Of a stretch of DNA of 64,000 nucleotides, positions 63,911 to 64,000 are shown piece by piece. Position 1 is the first letter of the stretch; every line of letters starts with the position of its first letter. Below the pieces are notes generated by a model. That model saw nothing but the letters and a program-made list of their open reading frames with translations, was not told the DNA's origin and did no database searches. A program made the translations under genes and the position numbers. The DNA comes from Takakia lepidozioides. Its lineage: Eukaryota; Plantae; Bryophyta. Location: positions 50,716,001-50,780,000 of the forward strand of contig CM060733.1 in the NCBI GenBank assembly GCA_030704615.1, read 5' to 3'.

Positions 63911-64000
63911 TAATCCTTTGCCATTAAGCTTTGGTCCAGCTTCCATATACAAGTGTTCATCAAGATCATCATCTCTAAGTTGTCATGCCACAAATACTCA

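Overview
Eukaryotic nuclear DNA from a land plant, most likely a moss or other bryophyte (inferred from the CYP73 and CSLA sequences, GT-AG introns and L1/Tx1-type LINEs). I rebuilt five spliced genes by hand: the 3' part of an ACAP-type ARF-GAP (+), a CSLA mannan synthase (+), a 5-exon MYB80/MS188-like R2R3-MYB (-), a plastid CBSX protein (-) with an apparent +1 frame problem at exon 2, and an intact CYP73A/C4H-like P450 (+). Decayed copies of TIM50, ClpS1 and ubiquitin are also present. Intergenic DNA is a nest of degenerate LINEs, tRNA-derived SINEs with target-site duplications (TSDs), hAT MITEs and CACTA-like elements. The most promising leads are: (1) the CYP73, whose open frame carries substitutions at several normally invariant active-site motifs, suggesting altered chemistry; (2) an intronless orphan ORF of about 366 codons (coiled coil plus a helical C-terminal domain) sitting between two GC-rich islands just upstream of the MYB80-like gene; (3) a 20-bp GC hairpin and promoter-like block in MYB intron 2; and (4) a run of decaying organelle-protein genes next to the divergent CYP73, consistent with a duplicated segment being fractionated. 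No database searches were run, so family calls rest on recognised motifs.
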